Sequence record: MK250029.1
Length of the DNA: 64,000 bases
Strand: one strand, 5' to 3'
The notes under the pieces were generated by a model. That model made no database searches. It was not told the DNA's origin and saw only the letters and a program-made list of their open reading frames with translations. This document shows, in pieces, positions 63,806 through 64,000 of this stretch. The first letter of the stretch is position 1, and each line of letters begins with the position of its first letter. The position numbers and the translations under genes were made by a program.

Positions 63806-64000
63806 ATGACATTTGTTATTATAGTAATAGTTATTTGCTTAACTGTATATGGTATTATATCATCTAAACATAATGCAGAAGAAAGTAAAGCATTTTGGGG
63901 TGATCATTCAGATTCATCTGATGTTAAGAAATTAAAGTCAAGAATGAAACTTTTGATTGATAGAGTAGATTTACTTGAGGAACGAATTAATAAGTTAGAT
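63806..64000 (+). CDS. Small membrane-anchored protein (runs off window)
   Basis: MTFVIIVIVICLTVYGII followed by coiled coil. Confidence 0.5.
   Translation, partial: MTFVIIVIVICLTVYGIISSKHNAEESKAFWGDHSDSSDVKKLKSRMKLLIDRVDLLEERINKLD

Noticed and set aside
1-64000. CRISPR array associated with the TnpB/Cas12f-like gene or the Cas4-like nuclease
   Set aside because: I found no repeat-spacer series; the repeats seen (5401, 24385, 61054) have only two copies. Masked regions cannot be excluded.
1-64000. DGR template repeat, reverse transcriptase, or CUA suppressor tRNA inside this window
   Set aside because: No second copy of the VR core, no YxDD RT ORF and no CTA-anticodon cloverleaf in unmasked sequence, by eye.

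Overview
AT-rich (about a quarter G+C, by eye), gene-dense segment of a jumbo/megaphage genome, with many N-masked stretches. It uses an alternative genetic code. Conserved proteins (RecA/UvsX, dNMP kinase, DUF4407, a TnpB-like RuvC nuclease, tail adhesin) are only continuous if TAG is read through, most plausibly as Gln, and every gene end I could resolve is TAA or TGA. The supplied standard-code ORF track therefore fragments or misses many genes. The low GC, TAG recoding, T4-like core genes and nine Bacteroidetes-type TAnnTTTG promoters suggest a Lak-like megaphage of Prevotella/Bacteroidales (inference, no database search). Content: replication/recombination (UvsX, gp32-like SSB, two type II topoisomerase subunits, PD-(D/E)XK nuclease); nucleotide/cofactor metabolism (DHFR-ThyA fusion, FolD, dNMP kinase, NadR, PnuC, TonB-dependent receptor); three nucleotidyltransferases; baseplate, adhesin and lysis-type genes; three related homing-endonuclease-like genes; many small hypotheticals. 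Most striking: (1) a C-type-lectin-fold gene whose last ~40 codons carry the NNC/high-GC signature of a diversity-generating-retroelement variable repeat, with no TR or RT in view; (2) a 490-nt RNA with tmRNA topology but a non-alanine acceptor stem; (3) a cluster of tRNA-shaped RNAs with greatly expanded arms at 60.3-61.8 kb; (4) a 462-aa TnpB/Cas12f-like nuclease hidden by 12 in-frame TAGs; (5) a possible phage-encoded outer-membrane-to-cytoplasm vitamin/NAD-precursor uptake route.
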